From: a virus
Virus record (IMG/VR): IMGVR_UViG_3300043313_001040
Location: 8,015 to 72,014 of that record
DNA length: 64,000 nt
Direction: 5' to 3' (one strand)
The translations under genes were made by a program, and so were the position numbers. The notes under the pieces are model-generated. The model saw only the letters and a list, made by a program, of their open reading frames with translations, searched no databases and was not told the origin of the DNA. This document shows, in pieces, positions 38,201 through 47,131 of this stretch. The number at the start of each line of letters is the position of its first letter. Position 1 is the stretch's first letter.

Positions 38201-38287
38201 CTTGCTGCCACAAAACGGATTGGAGATCTTCTTATCATCACCAACGCTCATCTGGAAGAGATGAAGAAACCGGTTGTAGTAAAATGA
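35249..38287 (+). CDS. Tape measure protein
   Basis: 1012 aa helical, Ala-rich; tape-measure N-domain pattern (F..FLGS...A...EL..F...S.F); DSLTRVGGGG C-term. Confidence 0.9.
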   Translation: MPNPAFVGTGLTDLKQALAGLNKGGGLEWGGFAGLSELATGASKTKAVIESIKWAAFARAGVAGFMSIVPAAYALMFGIRKAVTESGILQAALQRLGETKVLTAQFTQFLGSVQLARQRVGELYAFVANSKFNMGEAGNASKTLSILTNGAEGSIGSLQMLGRVATATGNSLEELALYYGKFSQQSRNGEDISGTVQALREMGVITESTAASLINLQKSGASASQLMSAFRNDIAAVAAASTDTSDSIEELQDRVEKLKQSAAAGFGKAWMKQEARDLEGQVKLWTAISGATEQFGKSLEYVTRPANNLKNALYDMAGTDAFKSSLKTLSDMVFMLPIAIAGYSTLKTLMAGELPGKGLIKTAGGALKTVLNPAAAARGRGTALAGAADDILEVALATQAAGGTVTRGTVAKLAGTEALSKGFMGLGNVLSAAGAGMVRVGALLARLAPVGLLVTASTMLLAKAWETYRDRQERAASAARDARDAMATRSGLAKEIESVKTLDDKTRKLAEARKLLNSAIAERARVQSDSSSTEDEESAAIALVHERERAVKAISEINVKNLGMTEKEFSYRLRQIDVENEIADIQYQAAMNRANAVQREIMANTRLEMLHKRMAEHEAIRKEEPALLANQQAIDQERAERRGKAAGAKGELFNLSREAVELRKEMNMPSQRSETRQRELRARMEINLARQQQLQGQIAGFQNPTAKEEQLKAERKRMIEQGSSEHNLLMQQAENETDPHRAKELRLEAARVVARKDDALKEEAAQLEATAKERKAAADKEIRDYDTSRYVRKLQDKATMAAAAGNFGLAAAYQKAAQDREDATNDANRLDQLTLEMGGKFAAAMKLSQEQEDRKRTRAATAEARFGPEGTATRTLRERQLALAERGLGIPGFAGPGIRGAAAGRELIKMQDIDQFNQTLQELMQGIEATPENVKNATRTAQQLTAADIIEKTADLQGVGSMGDSLTRVGGGGGFYAGAAGDPQLAATKRIGDLLIITNAHLEEMKKPVVVK

Positions 38288-38949
38288 TCGAACTAGCCAC
38301 AGCAGTCAGATACGGTCTCAGTGGACTGTGGGTAGAGAGCTACGGGCAACTCCATACCGACATCTATGGTTTGTCCTCGGCGGTGGCCATCTGGGCTTCC
38401 CCGGCCGATGCGATGAGTTACCCCAGCATGCTGACCCCACATCCGCTGTGGGGCTTTCTCCATCTCGAACGCCGAACCGTCAGTGTTGAGTATGGTCATT
38501 GCCGCACTACGGCTGAGTATGCCGGATTCGAAGGGACACCCGTCCCGGTAATTGAATGGGGCAGCGGAGTAAACGAAGAACCGATCCAGACCCATCCGGA
38601 TTTTGAGTCTTTCGCTGGCAAGCCAAGCGCCCCGCTTAACGGTGCCAGGTTCGTTGATCCAACCACGAACAAAATCACAACCAATGATGATCTTGGAGTC
38701 TTTGATAAATTCTGGTCCAACCCACCTAACAAGTGGGCTGGAGTAACCAGCTATCTTATGCCCGTTGTCATCAAAAAGATAACAACCATCGCTCCATCCC
38801 CCATCGACATTTCCAGGGTAGGCAAACTGGAGGATGGATACCTCATCAGCAACGCGTCGAGCACTCAGCGCGGCATCGTATTCCAGAATGTTATTGAGTT
38901 CCGTGGTCCAGGTCAGCGCGGCTGGAACGAAGAACTGTATCCCGGGTAA
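38284..38949 (+). CDS. Distal tail/baseplate protein
   Basis: Follows TMP; EEPIQTHPDF, GVTSYL, W..ELY. Confidence 0.7.
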   Translation: MIELATAVRYGLSGLWVESYGQLHTDIYGLSSAVAIWASPADAMSYPSMLTPHPLWGFLHLERRTVSVEYGHCRTTAEYAGFEGTPVPVIEWGSGVNEEPIQTHPDFESFAGKPSAPLNGARFVDPTTNKITTNDDLGVFDKFWSNPPNKWAGVTSYLMPVVIKKITTIAPSPIDISRVGKLEDGYLISNASSTQRGIVFQNVIEFRGPGQRGWNEELYPG

Positions 38950-39738
38950 ATGAACACGCCCGAACTCCTAGCTGCCTTAACTGAGGTTAAGCCAGGCATG
39001 TTGGTTTCCGATGTGGCTACCGCCAAACGCATGAACGCGATTAGCCAACTCCTGCGTCACGTTCTTCGCGGAGGCAATATCGTAACTGGACCCAGAATCA
39101 GAAAGCGAAGCGGAGACGGATGGGTTACGTTGGTTGGTGAAGGCGAGGACGGCGGCTTCGGAGGATCATCCGAGTTTCCTTTCCACCTTGAAATTGTCCC
39201 CAGGCCGGATAACCCGAGCCTGTTCGCCGTCCAGATTACCGACGGTAAGGTAAATAACGAATGGCCCGACGTTGGCACCGATACGATGGGATCGCCAACG
39301 AGTCCAGGGTTCTTGTCGCTGGACATTGCAAATGTGGAGAACTGCAATGTGTTCCTCCGAGTGATGTTCAACGCAAAGACCAATGTTATCGCGAGGCTCG
39401 ACATCTATGAGCGGCCTAACGAGACGTTCCCGGTCGATCAAATTACCTTTCTTCCACCTGACGAAGAACCCGATCCAACCGAGGCGGATGCTGCAGATAG
39501 TCCTGACGTGCCGCCCCCTGCTGGCTACGGGGTGGTTCATATTCTCCTCGGTTACACCTTTTTGATTCCACCACCTTTGGAATCTCCGCCAGGCACGCCT
39601 TCAACGACGGCCATCTTCAACATGATCAGGAGCAACATTCAGCTCGATTTTATTTACGGAAGCAAGAATGGGTTGCCAGCCGTGTTGGCGGTTAACACTT
39701 ATTCCAAATTCATCGCGTTCCCTCTTGCCGCACCGTGA
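38950..39738 (+). CDS. Tail tip protein
   Basis: Position; PG..V..A.RMN N-term, FPFHL. Confidence 0.6.
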   Translation: MNTPELLAALTEVKPGMLVSDVATAKRMNAISQLLRHVLRGGNIVTGPRIRKRSGDGWVTLVGEGEDGGFGGSSEFPFHLEIVPRPDNPSLFAVQITDGKVNNEWPDVGTDTMGSPTSPGFLSLDIANVENCNVFLRVMFNAKTNVIARLDIYERPNETFPVDQITFLPPDEEPDPTEADAADSPDVPPPAGYGVVHILLGYTFLIPPPLESPPGTPSTTAIFNMIRSNIQLDFIYGSKNGLPAVLAVNTYSKFIAFPLAAP

Positions 39739-40739
39739 ACGAACTCCTTTGCGGTGATCGCGGCGGCCTTGATCACAGCTATCTGCCTATTCGCCCCAGG
39801 CAACAATGGGATGATAAAATAGAAATCCTTTTTGCTGCGCTGACTGGTTTTAGGACGGAAGAGTTTTTCGAGAATTATTATCGTCTCAGCTTTCCGCTTG
39901 TCCTTAGCCCTGCGACCTACTTCAAGCTTTGCTGGCGAGTAAAGAAGTTTCAGCTAACAGGCACAATAACGACCGACGAGGGCAGCAGAGACTTCGACAC
40001 CGAAGTTGCAATGGTCCGATTACCAGTGGAGGGCGATCCACAGGTTGATGACGAAACCTTTCAGACGATGGCGGCAGCTTCGGAAATGGAGATCATTCGG
40101 TCATCCGACAGAATTTATCTGAAGGACCCTCTGGTATTGAGGCGACCTTATATGGACCCGCCCCCTGCCGAGCCGCCAGTTAAGTCATCCGATGTGCCGA
40201 GACCGTGGCGCGACCTATTCTTCAACCAGCTACGTAATGCTGGGTTTTATATGAGGCAATACGAGGATAGCCCTGTGAATTTCTCTTTGGCAAAACCGTT
40301 TCCAGAGGGTGGCGGCTTGCCGTTTTGTAATGTCGATTTCAATCTTCTGTCCGACGAAGGACGGTATGCCGACGTGTTCTTTCCGGCGTATCCGGAATTT
40401 ATTGGAGCGATCTATGACGAAGACACGAAGATGGTTCACGCTCCGTTGTTTTTCTCGGTTGTTCTTGGTGCTCAGACTTGCCGGTCCACACAGGAGCCGG
40501 TGGCGGGAGACCCTCTTACTGACTACCCTGGGGGCAATATAGCGGCTGGCGAATTGAGCATCGAGGGTCTTCAGGACGATCCAATTATCGTGCCAATGTA
40601 TCGCGGGGACATCGGCTTCGGAACCGCCAGCGTCACTGCCACGCTGACAGCGGCTGAATTTTGGCCCTACCAAAACTCCCAGGGGCTGCCAATTTATGAC
40701 ACCATAACCGGAGAGCAACTGCGCGATCCGTTGACATGA
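39735..40739 (+). CDS. Tail tip protein
   Basis: WRVKKF, AEFWPY...GLPIYDT.TG. Confidence 0.6.
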   Translation: MNELLCGDRGGLDHSYLPIRPRQQWDDKIEILFAALTGFRTEEFFENYYRLSFPLVLSPATYFKLCWRVKKFQLTGTITTDEGSRDFDTEVAMVRLPVEGDPQVDDETFQTMAAASEMEIIRSSDRIYLKDPLVLRRPYMDPPPAEPPVKSSDVPRPWRDLFFNQLRNAGFYMRQYEDSPVNFSLAKPFPEGGGLPFCNVDFNLLSDEGRYADVFFPAYPEFIGAIYDEDTKMVHAPLFFSVVLGAQTCRSTQEPVAGDPLTDYPGGNIAAGELSIEGLQDDPIIVPMYRGDIGFGTASVTATLTAAEFWPYQNSQGLPIYDTITGEQLRDPLT

Positions 40740-40752
40740 TTTCATCAGCAGA
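40731..40752 (+). promoter_or_regulatory. TTGACA-N16-ATG late element
   Basis: TTGACA tgatttcatcagcaga ATG. Confidence 0.5.
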
Positions 40753-41301
40753 ATGAAGCTCTACGTCGACATTGATTCTCAGACGGTAATCTCTTCTCCC
40801 GGGGTGCCGCAGAGACTCGACGCGATTACCCTGAAGCGTGCCGGTCTCGTCGAGCTGTCGATCCAATTCTGTCGTGCCGGGCAGATCGTTGAGCTGGCCC
40901 CTGGGGCGACTGGCATCTTTGAGCTGAAGCCGTCGGGGCAATATGACGCTGATCCAGTTTCAGGAGACGACAACTGGGAGCAGGTCGGCACAGGGACCGG
41001 CACCTCTTATAATTTCCTTTTCTCGCTTCTAACGGAAGCACTGGACGCGCTGCTATTCGTCAACACTGATCCATCTGACGACAAGAAGAGCATCACCTTA
41101 ATGGGCGAACTCCAGTGGTATGACGGAGCGCAACACACCACTCAGACCCTTACAGTTACGATTGAAAACAACGTCATCCGCGTCGGAGACACAATCCCGC
41201 CCGGGGCCGCACCCGTCGACTATTTAGTTGACGACTCCGACCCTGGTATGCCCGAGATTATGTTTGACGAAGAGGGCGGCGAACCTTTGACGGTCTCATA
41301 A
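40753..41301 (+). CDS. BppU-like baseplate/fibre adaptor
   Basis: MKLYVD..KR...L.IQF...LMGELQW..T..TL.V.IEN. Confidence 0.65.
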   Translation: MKLYVDIDSQTVISSPGVPQRLDAITLKRAGLVELSIQFCRAGQIVELAPGATGIFELKPSGQYDADPVSGDDNWEQVGTGTGTSYNFLFSLLTEALDALLFVNTDPSDDKKSITLMGELQWYDGAQHTTQTLTVTIENNVIRVGDTIPPGAAPVDYLVDDSDPGMPEIMFDEEGGEPLTVS

Positions 41302-41302
41302 T

Positions 41303-42127
41303 ATGATCCATTCCAACTCCGTTAAGAACCACAAGATCGAGAACTGGACGTATGCCAATGCGGCAGCACGAACCGGGGCTACAGGTTTCCTCGCGGCCGA
41401 CATCGGCAAGCTGGCCTACCAGACCGACAATCAAACCTACTGGAGGTTAACCGCCGTTACGCCTACCTGGATTCAAGCCATGGCGGGCCCTGCTGGCGCG
41501 GACGGCGCGGATGGCGCAGCCGGACCCGGAGTGCCTACCGGTGGAACTGCTGACCAGATCCTCGCAAAGATCGACGGCACTAATTACAATACCCACTGGA
41601 TCGACGCTCCCAGCGGCGGCGGCGGTGCGCTAACGATGCTTGCCAACATGGACGAAACTGGCGGCACCGTTCCCGCCGATGATCCGGTCGATCACATTGA
41701 TCTGCTCAGCATTCCTGGCACCGGCAAGAACCTCAGGATCGAAGGGTTCTTCCGGGGTTACGATGTCGATTACACCGACACGCTTGGCAATTTGCTGCTC
41801 TACTTCAACGCCAATTACACGGACAGTGATTACTGGTATGCCACCAACGAGGATGCAGTCCACACCGACGCGAATGGCGCTCCGGTAGTCGCCAAATCTG
41901 GGATCTACGGTGCTCACCACATCCTAATCGAGATCCCAATGTATTCTTCCACGACTGGATTCTCGCCAACCGCATTTGTCCGAAGCATATTTGTCGATGC
42001 TTCCGGGATGCACAACCGCGAAAGTATCGTGCGCTTTGCGGCTGTAAGCGGCTCGCCCTTGACTCAGCTTCGCCTCAAAACGTCACTGTCACGCCTGGAG
42101 TTTCACGGTCGAGCATACCTCTTGTAG
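41303..42127 (+). CDS. Tail fibre/spike protein with short collagen-like segment
   Basis: DIGKLAYQTDN..YWRL, GPAGADGADGAAGPG, GGTADQILAK. Confidence 0.75.
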   Translation: MIHSNSVKNHKIENWTYANAAARTGATGFLAADIGKLAYQTDNQTYWRLTAVTPTWIQAMAGPAGADGADGAAGPGVPTGGTADQILAKIDGTNYNTHWIDAPSGGGGALTMLANMDETGGTVPADDPVDHIDLLSIPGTGKNLRIEGFFRGYDVDYTDTLGNLLLYFNANYTDSDYWYATNEDAVHTDANGAPVVAKSGIYGAHHILIEIPMYSSTTGFSPTAFVRSIFVDASGMHNRESIVRFAAVSGSPLTQLRLKTSLSRLEFHGRAYLL

Positions 42128-42128
42128 T

Positions 42129-42144
42129 TTGCAGCACGCTGCAA
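42129..42144. repeat. 16-bp palindrome copy 8 (abuts TTGACA element)
   Basis: TTGCAGCACGCTGCAA. Confidence 0.9.
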
Positions 42145-42145
42145 A

Positions 42146-42164
42146 TTGACACCTGGTCATAGGC
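42146..42164 (+). promoter_or_regulatory. TTGACA-N13-ATG late element
   Basis: TTGACA cctggtcataggc ATG. Confidence 0.7.
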
Positions 42165-42533
42165 ATGGCGTCCATCGTTCGTAATTACACGGTCGAACGT
42201 GGGATTCCGTTCTCCCGTCAGATCACGGTTACTTCAGGTGGCGTCGCGGTCGATCTTACCGGTGCTACCATTGAGGCTCAGGTCCGCCTGGCCAAGCTGC
42301 CAGAAGAATATCGTTATAGGCCGACTGGGACGGGGCCGCTAATCACCAGCTTTGATGTCGACATCCCGATTTATACCGACGGTAAGTTCACCATCAAGTT
42401 GCCGGAAAACAAGACGCTGCTGATGGGTCGCGGTGAATACGACTATGACGTAATTATCACCTTCCCTACTGGAACCAAGAACCGGGTGTTGGCAGGCATT
42501 CTTACTGCCGTGGAGGTTACTACGCATGCCTGA
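42165..42533 (+). CDS. Fibre adaptor (BppU N-like)
   Basis: VDLTGAT..AQVR...G...I.L...T......Y.YDV......RVL.G. Confidence 0.75.
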   Translation: MASIVRNYTVERGIPFSRQITVTSGGVAVDLTGATIEAQVRLAKLPEEYRYRPTGTGPLITSFDVDIPIYTDGKFTIKLPENKTLLMGRGEYDYDVIITFPTGTKNRVLAGILTAVEVTTHA

Positions 42534-43101
42534 CGATCTTACAATCTCCATCGACGAAGGTCCCATCTCGGAGGTGATCGAAGGCCCCAGCCAGGATGTC
42601 ACCGACATCTCCGATCCCATTATTGGGATTGCGGTTGAGAATCCGGCCACCGAAGAGGTCCCCTCTGCGCCACCGGTGGAATCGGTAACTATTGTCGAGA
42701 AAGGCGATCCAGGCCCACCCGGGCCGCCCGGGCCTCCCGGTGGTGGCGGCGGCGGTGGCACAACCGATTACGATACGACGGAGATCGTAGCGCATGAGGC
42801 GATCCCGGCGCTTTCGTTCGTGACCTCGGACGGCAAGATCGCTGATTCGAATAACCCGTTTCATTTCAACAAGGTCATGGGCATTACCTTGGTCAGCGTT
42901 CCAGTTGACACTGTGGCCACGGTTATAACCGAGGGGGAGGTGACGGATCTTTCTTGGAATTGGACCGCGAATCAAAAACTTTTCCTCAATGGCACCGCAC
43001 TCTCACCAATCCCAGTTTCTTCTGGCTTTAGTCAGATGCTCGCTGTGGCCCAGAACTCTCAGACCATCTTTATCCGCGTTCGAACTCCGATCCGTCTCTA
43101 A
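42526..43101 (+). CDS. Collagen-repeat virion protein
   Basis: GDPGPPGPPGPPG then cement-like domain. Confidence 0.7.
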   Translation: MPDDLTISIDEGPISEVIEGPSQDVTDISDPIIGIAVENPATEEVPSAPPVESVTIVEKGDPGPPGPPGPPGGGGGGGTTDYDTTEIVAHEAIPALSFVTSDGKIADSNNPFHFNKVMGITLVSVPVDTVATVITEGEVTDLSWNWTANQKLFLNGTALSPIPVSSGFSQMLAVAQNSQTIFIRVRTPIRL

Positions 43102-43106
43102 CTAAT

Positions 43107-43556
43107 ATGGCCACAAGAAAAGCAATCGTTCTCGTTAACGGCGAATTTCAACAGCTCCAGGCTGGAGATACGCTTGCCGGTCCAATAGCAGAGGTAGATT
43201 TGATTTCGTTGACCAACGGCGAGTCCAGCGCCGCCCTGGCCCTTGGTGACATCGTTTACATTAGCGCGGCCGATACAGTGAAGAAGGCCAAGGCGGATGC
43301 TGCCTCCACTGCTGATGCTTTTGGGATCGCCACGGCTGCCATCGCGGCCGGTGCTGCGGGATACATTCAAACCGCTGGTGTTTTGAGCGGCCTAACTGGT
43401 CTTACGGCTGGCGCAGTCTACTATCTTTCGGCAGCCACGTCCGGATTACTAACGACTACGGCCCCCAGTGCCACAGGGCAAACTGTAACCCGCGTTGGTA
43501 AGGCTATTTCGACGACCGAACTCGAAATCAATATTCAGCGGCCTGTCCTGCTGTAA
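43107..43556 (+). CDS. Cement-like (DUF2190-like) virion protein
   Basis: GDIVYI..KAKADA..GIA..GLTAGAVYYLS. Confidence 0.75.
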   Translation: MATRKAIVLVNGEFQQLQAGDTLAGPIAEVDLISLTNGESSAALALGDIVYISAADTVKKAKADAASTADAFGIATAAIAAGAAGYIQTAGVLSGLTGLTAGAVYYLSAATSGLLTTTAPSATGQTVTRVGKAISTTELEINIQRPVLL

Positions 43557-43565
43557 TCCCAGGTC

Positions 43566-45131
43566 ATGGCGAATTACGCCCCCATCATCATCAAGAATGG
43601 GGAGCTGCAGCAGCTTCAGGCGGCCGACTCGCTTGTTGTTCCAATCCTCAATGCAAATGGTGGAAGCGGCACAAAGACCAATATCCTGTCGGTTTCCGGA
43701 CTAGCTTTAACCGATACCGGAGCTGCTTCCTCTTCAGTTAGTTCTACCTTTTCAGCAAGAGCCGCAACTGCAGGGCCTGTTGGAGGTTTAGTTCTTACCA
43801 CCTACGGTAATTCGGAAGCCACTCATCCCGGCGAAACCACGCTTAACTTTTTTGGGTCCGGAGCTATCTGCTCAGGATTCGTTATCGGGTCAAATGCTTA
43901 TCCCACACACATGCTGGATGTGTATGGGACGGGCTGGTTTCAGAATACTTTGCAGGTAGGGGATGGCACAACCTCTGCCTCGGGCGAGCTACTATTAAAT
44001 GGAGTGGCGGCTACAAATGAAGGTCCGTATATCGGCTTTCAAAAATCTGGGTCAACTAAGTGGTATGTCGGCCTCACTTCAAGGGTGATCGGCGGCACTT
44101 CGAATAGCTTTACCTTCTTTAGCCTAGCTAACGGTGAAGTGATGCGCATTGGTGCTGGCGTCAACATCGGCGGCACAACTGATCCCGGTGCAGGAGGTTT
44201 GATTATCGCTGGTAGTAATAGTTACCCCTGTGATATTTCATCATCGAATGCCACTAATGTTATCTCTCGTGTTACTTCAACTAATTCATCCAGTCTCGCG
44301 GCCTTTGATGCTGTTAATAATACCGGGTCTATAGCAGAATTTGGAGTAAGAGGTTCGGCTAGGTCTGCGTATGGCGTCTTAGTGGCCAACGACGGCTATC
44401 TTTACTCCGGTGGGCATTTAACCTTACTTGCTGATGGCTCTGGCGTTATTAAATTCGCTGCCAACGGCAACACTGAGCGAATGCGGCTTGCCTTGGGACT
44501 AAACATCGGCGGCACAACTGACCCCGGCGTGGCGAATTTATATGTTGGGAATAGTTCATCAGGGACGGGAACAAGTCATGGTATTTTCATGTTTGGTTCA
44601 AACCAATCATTTATCCGAATGTATGGGCAGACTCGCAACTGGGGGTTGCTTCAAAACAGTTTAGGGCAAGGAGATTTTGCCATATGGCAAAGTAACAGTG
44701 CCGGAACGGACACTAACGCAACTGGTTCAGACCCCTTTGCTGGAACTATTCGTTTTTTAATCGGGAGTGCCGGAGCAATTCGGTTTCCTGCTTACGGCGC
44801 AGGCACGCTTGTAACGGATTCCAGCGGTAACATTACTGCATCATCGGATGAAGCACTTAAACGAAATATCCGACCATTTACTCGCGGTCTTAAGTCTCTC
44901 TTGGGTCTCAATCCGATTACCTATCAGTGGACAAAGGAATCAGGTATGGACCCTGAAGGCGACTATACTGGGTTTGGCTCCCGTCATACTCGGACCTGCA
45001 TCCCCGAAGCCGTCAGTGAAGACCTGACATTCTCTGATAGACCAATTATCGCAGCCATGGTAAATGCGATAAAGGAACTCAACAACCGATTGGAAAAATT
45101 TGAACATGCCAACACCAACACCAACGCCTAA
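43566..45131 (+). CDS. Tail fibre with C-terminal Peptidase_S74 intramolecular chaperone
   Basis: SSDEALKRNI, LNPITYQW, MVNAIKEL..RLE; repeated MR....NIGGTTDPG. Confidence 0.88.
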   Translation: MANYAPIIIKNGELQQLQAADSLVVPILNANGGSGTKTNILSVSGLALTDTGAASSSVSSTFSARAATAGPVGGLVLTTYGNSEATHPGETTLNFFGSGAICSGFVIGSNAYPTHMLDVYGTGWFQNTLQVGDGTTSASGELLLNGVAATNEGPYIGFQKSGSTKWYVGLTSRVIGGTSNSFTFFSLANGEVMRIGAGVNIGGTTDPGAGGLIIAGSNSYPCDISSSNATNVISRVTSTNSSSLAAFDAVNNTGSIAEFGVRGSARSAYGVLVANDGYLYSGGHLTLLADGSGVIKFAANGNTERMRLALGLNIGGTTDPGVANLYVGNSSSGTGTSHGIFMFGSNQSFIRMYGQTRNWGLLQNSLGQGDFAIWQSNSAGTDTNATGSDPFAGTIRFLIGSAGAIRFPAYGAGTLVTDSSGNITASSDEALKRNIRPFTRGLKSLLGLNPITYQWTKESGMDPEGDYTGFGSRHTRTCIPEAVSEDLTFSDRPIIAAMVNAIKELNNRLEKFEHANTNTNA

Positions 45132-45330
45132 AAAAGAAGAACCCAAGATCGACTACTCGGACCCAAAGGTTTTGGACGAACAGATCGAGATGGCCACGAA
45201 AGCCCTGCGTGATATGGAGATGGAGAGTTCTTCTCGTCTGAGCTTTCTGAATGGCAATTTAAATGCCCTGAATCAAATTAAAAAAGGCCTGGCTGTTATC
45301 TTTCGAAAATCTGATGTCGACCAAAAATAA
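45106..45330 (+). CDS. Small coiled-coil protein (fibre chaperone-like)
   Basis: Follows S74 fibre; helical. Confidence 0.55.
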   Translation: MPTPTPTPKKEEPKIDYSDPKVLDEQIEMATKALRDMEMESSSRLSFLNGNLNALNQIKKGLAVIFRKSDVDQK

Positions 45331-46123
45331 ATCAGTTCTGGTTATCGAAGATCATCCGGATAGCTGCCAGGTCTTGAAGGAGATGCTGAAGCGGCGCGGG
45401 CTTCATGCCGAGTGCGCCGACACTATCAGAGAAGCCGAGAGCTGCATCATGTTTGCAGAGTCTCAGGGCAAACCGTATTCCTGCATTGTATCAGACCTTG
45501 GCCTGGGTGATTCCAATGCACTCCAGACGGTTGAGTGGCTTAAAAAAGTCTCCAACAAACTGCCGGTCCGCGCAATCTCCGGAATCCAGGACCCGGCAGT
45601 TATTGAAGCGTGCCGCACCGCCCGGATTCCCCTGATCTTGAAGGGGACAAGCGCTGAAGGCATCATGGAATCGGTGCTCTATGCGATTACCGAGCGTGAC
45701 ACGCCTCCAGATAGGGAGATCATAAATATCATAGCTGATAACAGAAAACACCAGCGCGAGGTGCACGATCCTGGGCAACCGGATAGCGGGCACCGGGATA
45801 ATGATGGTGCTTTTTCTAGTTGGTCAAAGACTGGGAAAGCGATCACCAAGTTTGGCGTTATTGTCGGAACTCTCACGGCCACTCTGACCCTCGGAGCGTG
45901 GCTGTATCGAGGACTGGAAGACCGGATTCTCGATGCAGCAAGCACTAAAACCCATCTCGCTTTAATCGACAGCAAAATCTCTGATGGAGCCGAGCAGCGA
46001 AAACAACATGGAGATAAAATCCGCGCCCTGGAAGATAACCGGCTCGAAGTAAATCTGAAGCTGACCTCCATCAACGAAAAGCTTGACCACATAGATAAGA
46101 AGTTGGATGGTCCATCCAGATGA
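45314..46123 (+). CDS. Response-regulator receiver domain fused to TM helix and coiled coil (holin/antiholin-like lysis protein)
   Basis: VLVIEDH (E12-D13), IVSDLGL (D61), ISG (S89), LK (K110); TM about 180-198; heptad C-term; first gene of lysis cassette. Confidence 0.8.
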   Translation: MSTKNKSVLVIEDHPDSCQVLKEMLKRRGLHAECADTIREAESCIMFAESQGKPYSCIVSDLGLGDSNALQTVEWLKKVSNKLPVRAISGIQDPAVIEACRTARIPLILKGTSAEGIMESVLYAITERDTPPDREIINIIADNRKHQREVHDPGQPDSGHRDNDGAFSSWSKTGKAITKFGVIVGTLTATLTLGAWLYRGLEDRILDAASTKTHLALIDSKISDGAEQRKQHGDKIRALEDNRLEVNLKLTSINEKLDHIDKKLDGPSR

Positions 46124-46368
46124 ACTGGCGCGTTAACTGGTTCGTGTTTCTTGTTCTCCCATGGCTGATCATCATTCTCGTCTGTTTGTCGAGCTGCGCT
46201 CCGATCAAGCCAAAGACAAATACGCCAGTCCCCTCGCTGACTAAAGCTACCGAGATCAATCGTTCGGTTCGTTCGAACATCGTCGACTCGAAGGATGCAA
46301 TCGGCCGAGCCCGTCGGTTGAACACGGTTATCGACAACAAGCTGAATCTTCTCCGCGATTACAAATGA
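46120..46368 (+). CDS. Lipoprotein, o-spanin-like
   Basis: Hydrophobic signal then lipobox LSSC. Confidence 0.65.
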   Translation: MNWRVNWFVFLVLPWLIIILVCLSSCAPIKPKTNTPVPSLTKATEINRSVRSNIVDSKDAIGRARRLNTVIDNKLNLLRDYK

Positions 46369-46799
46369 TCCTGAACAAGAAATGGTTTCTTATTGCGGTA
46401 ATCGTCATCGAGCTAATGGCGTTAGCTGCGGCGATGGCGCAGCAGGTTCAGTTGACCAGGGAACAGCTAATCAACCAGATCCAGGATAAAGTCCACGAGC
46501 AGGAAAAGGAGCTGGAGTTCGCTGAGAAGAAAGCCAAAGAGGCTCGCGACAATTCGGATCGCACCCACGAGGAACTCGGCCGCGCCCAGGGGCAGATCGA
46601 CCAGGTTGGCAAAGAGCGAGACGCCTGGCACCAATACGGCGACGATCAGCACGACAAGTGGATGAACGCCGAGACCCGCGTAGCCAAGGAGCAGGCAGCA
46701 GTCCTGCGGCGTAACATCATCATTATCGGATTAGTTTTGCTGATCGGATTATACGTGGTGGCCAAGATCTACTTCAAAGCTCAATTACCATTTCTATAA
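46365..46799 (+). CDS. i-spanin-like coiled-coil protein
   Basis: N-terminal signal/TM, long coiled coil, C-terminal TM. Confidence 0.6.
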   Translation: MILNKKWFLIAVIVIELMALAAAMAQQVQLTREQLINQIQDKVHEQEKELEFAEKKAKEARDNSDRTHEELGRAQGQIDQVGKERDAWHQYGDDQHDKWMNAETRVAKEQAAVLRRNIIIIGLVLLIGLYVVAKIYFKAQLPFL

Positions 46800-46801
46800 C
46801 C

Positions 46802-47131
46802 ATGGACTCAGCACCTACCCCTTCAGTGATGCAGCAGCAGAAGAACGTATTCGAGTTCATCACTGACCAGCTCGGCACTAACCCCACTGAGTCGAAGAAG
46901 TTTCTCATGGCTCTTGTTGGAATCATTGCCATTTTTCTCCAGTTCGTTGTGTCGGCAGTGTTGATGTTCTACCGCACGGACTTGGGCGCGCACTTGGTTG
47001 CGATGTTCACAATCGCCGTCCCATCGCTCGCGGGTATTGTCGCAATCTACCTCGGCGCTCAGGGTGCCGTTGAAGTCAAAGCTAATGGGGTGCTCCAGCA
47101 TCAGGCCCAGGACCTCGCTTCAAAGCTATGA
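46802..47131 (+). CDS. Holin
   Basis: SKKF then two TM helices, YLGAQG; directly before endolysin. Confidence 0.75.
   Translation: MDSAPTPSVMQQQKNVFEFITDQLGTNPTESKKFLMALVGIIAIFLQFVVSAVLMFYRTDLGAHLVAMFTIAVPSLAGIVAIYLGAQGAVEVKANGVLQHQAQDLASKL

Noticed and set aside
43566-45131. Diversity-generating retroelement target
   Set aside because: No reverse transcriptase and no TR/VR pair with adenine-specific differences in the window
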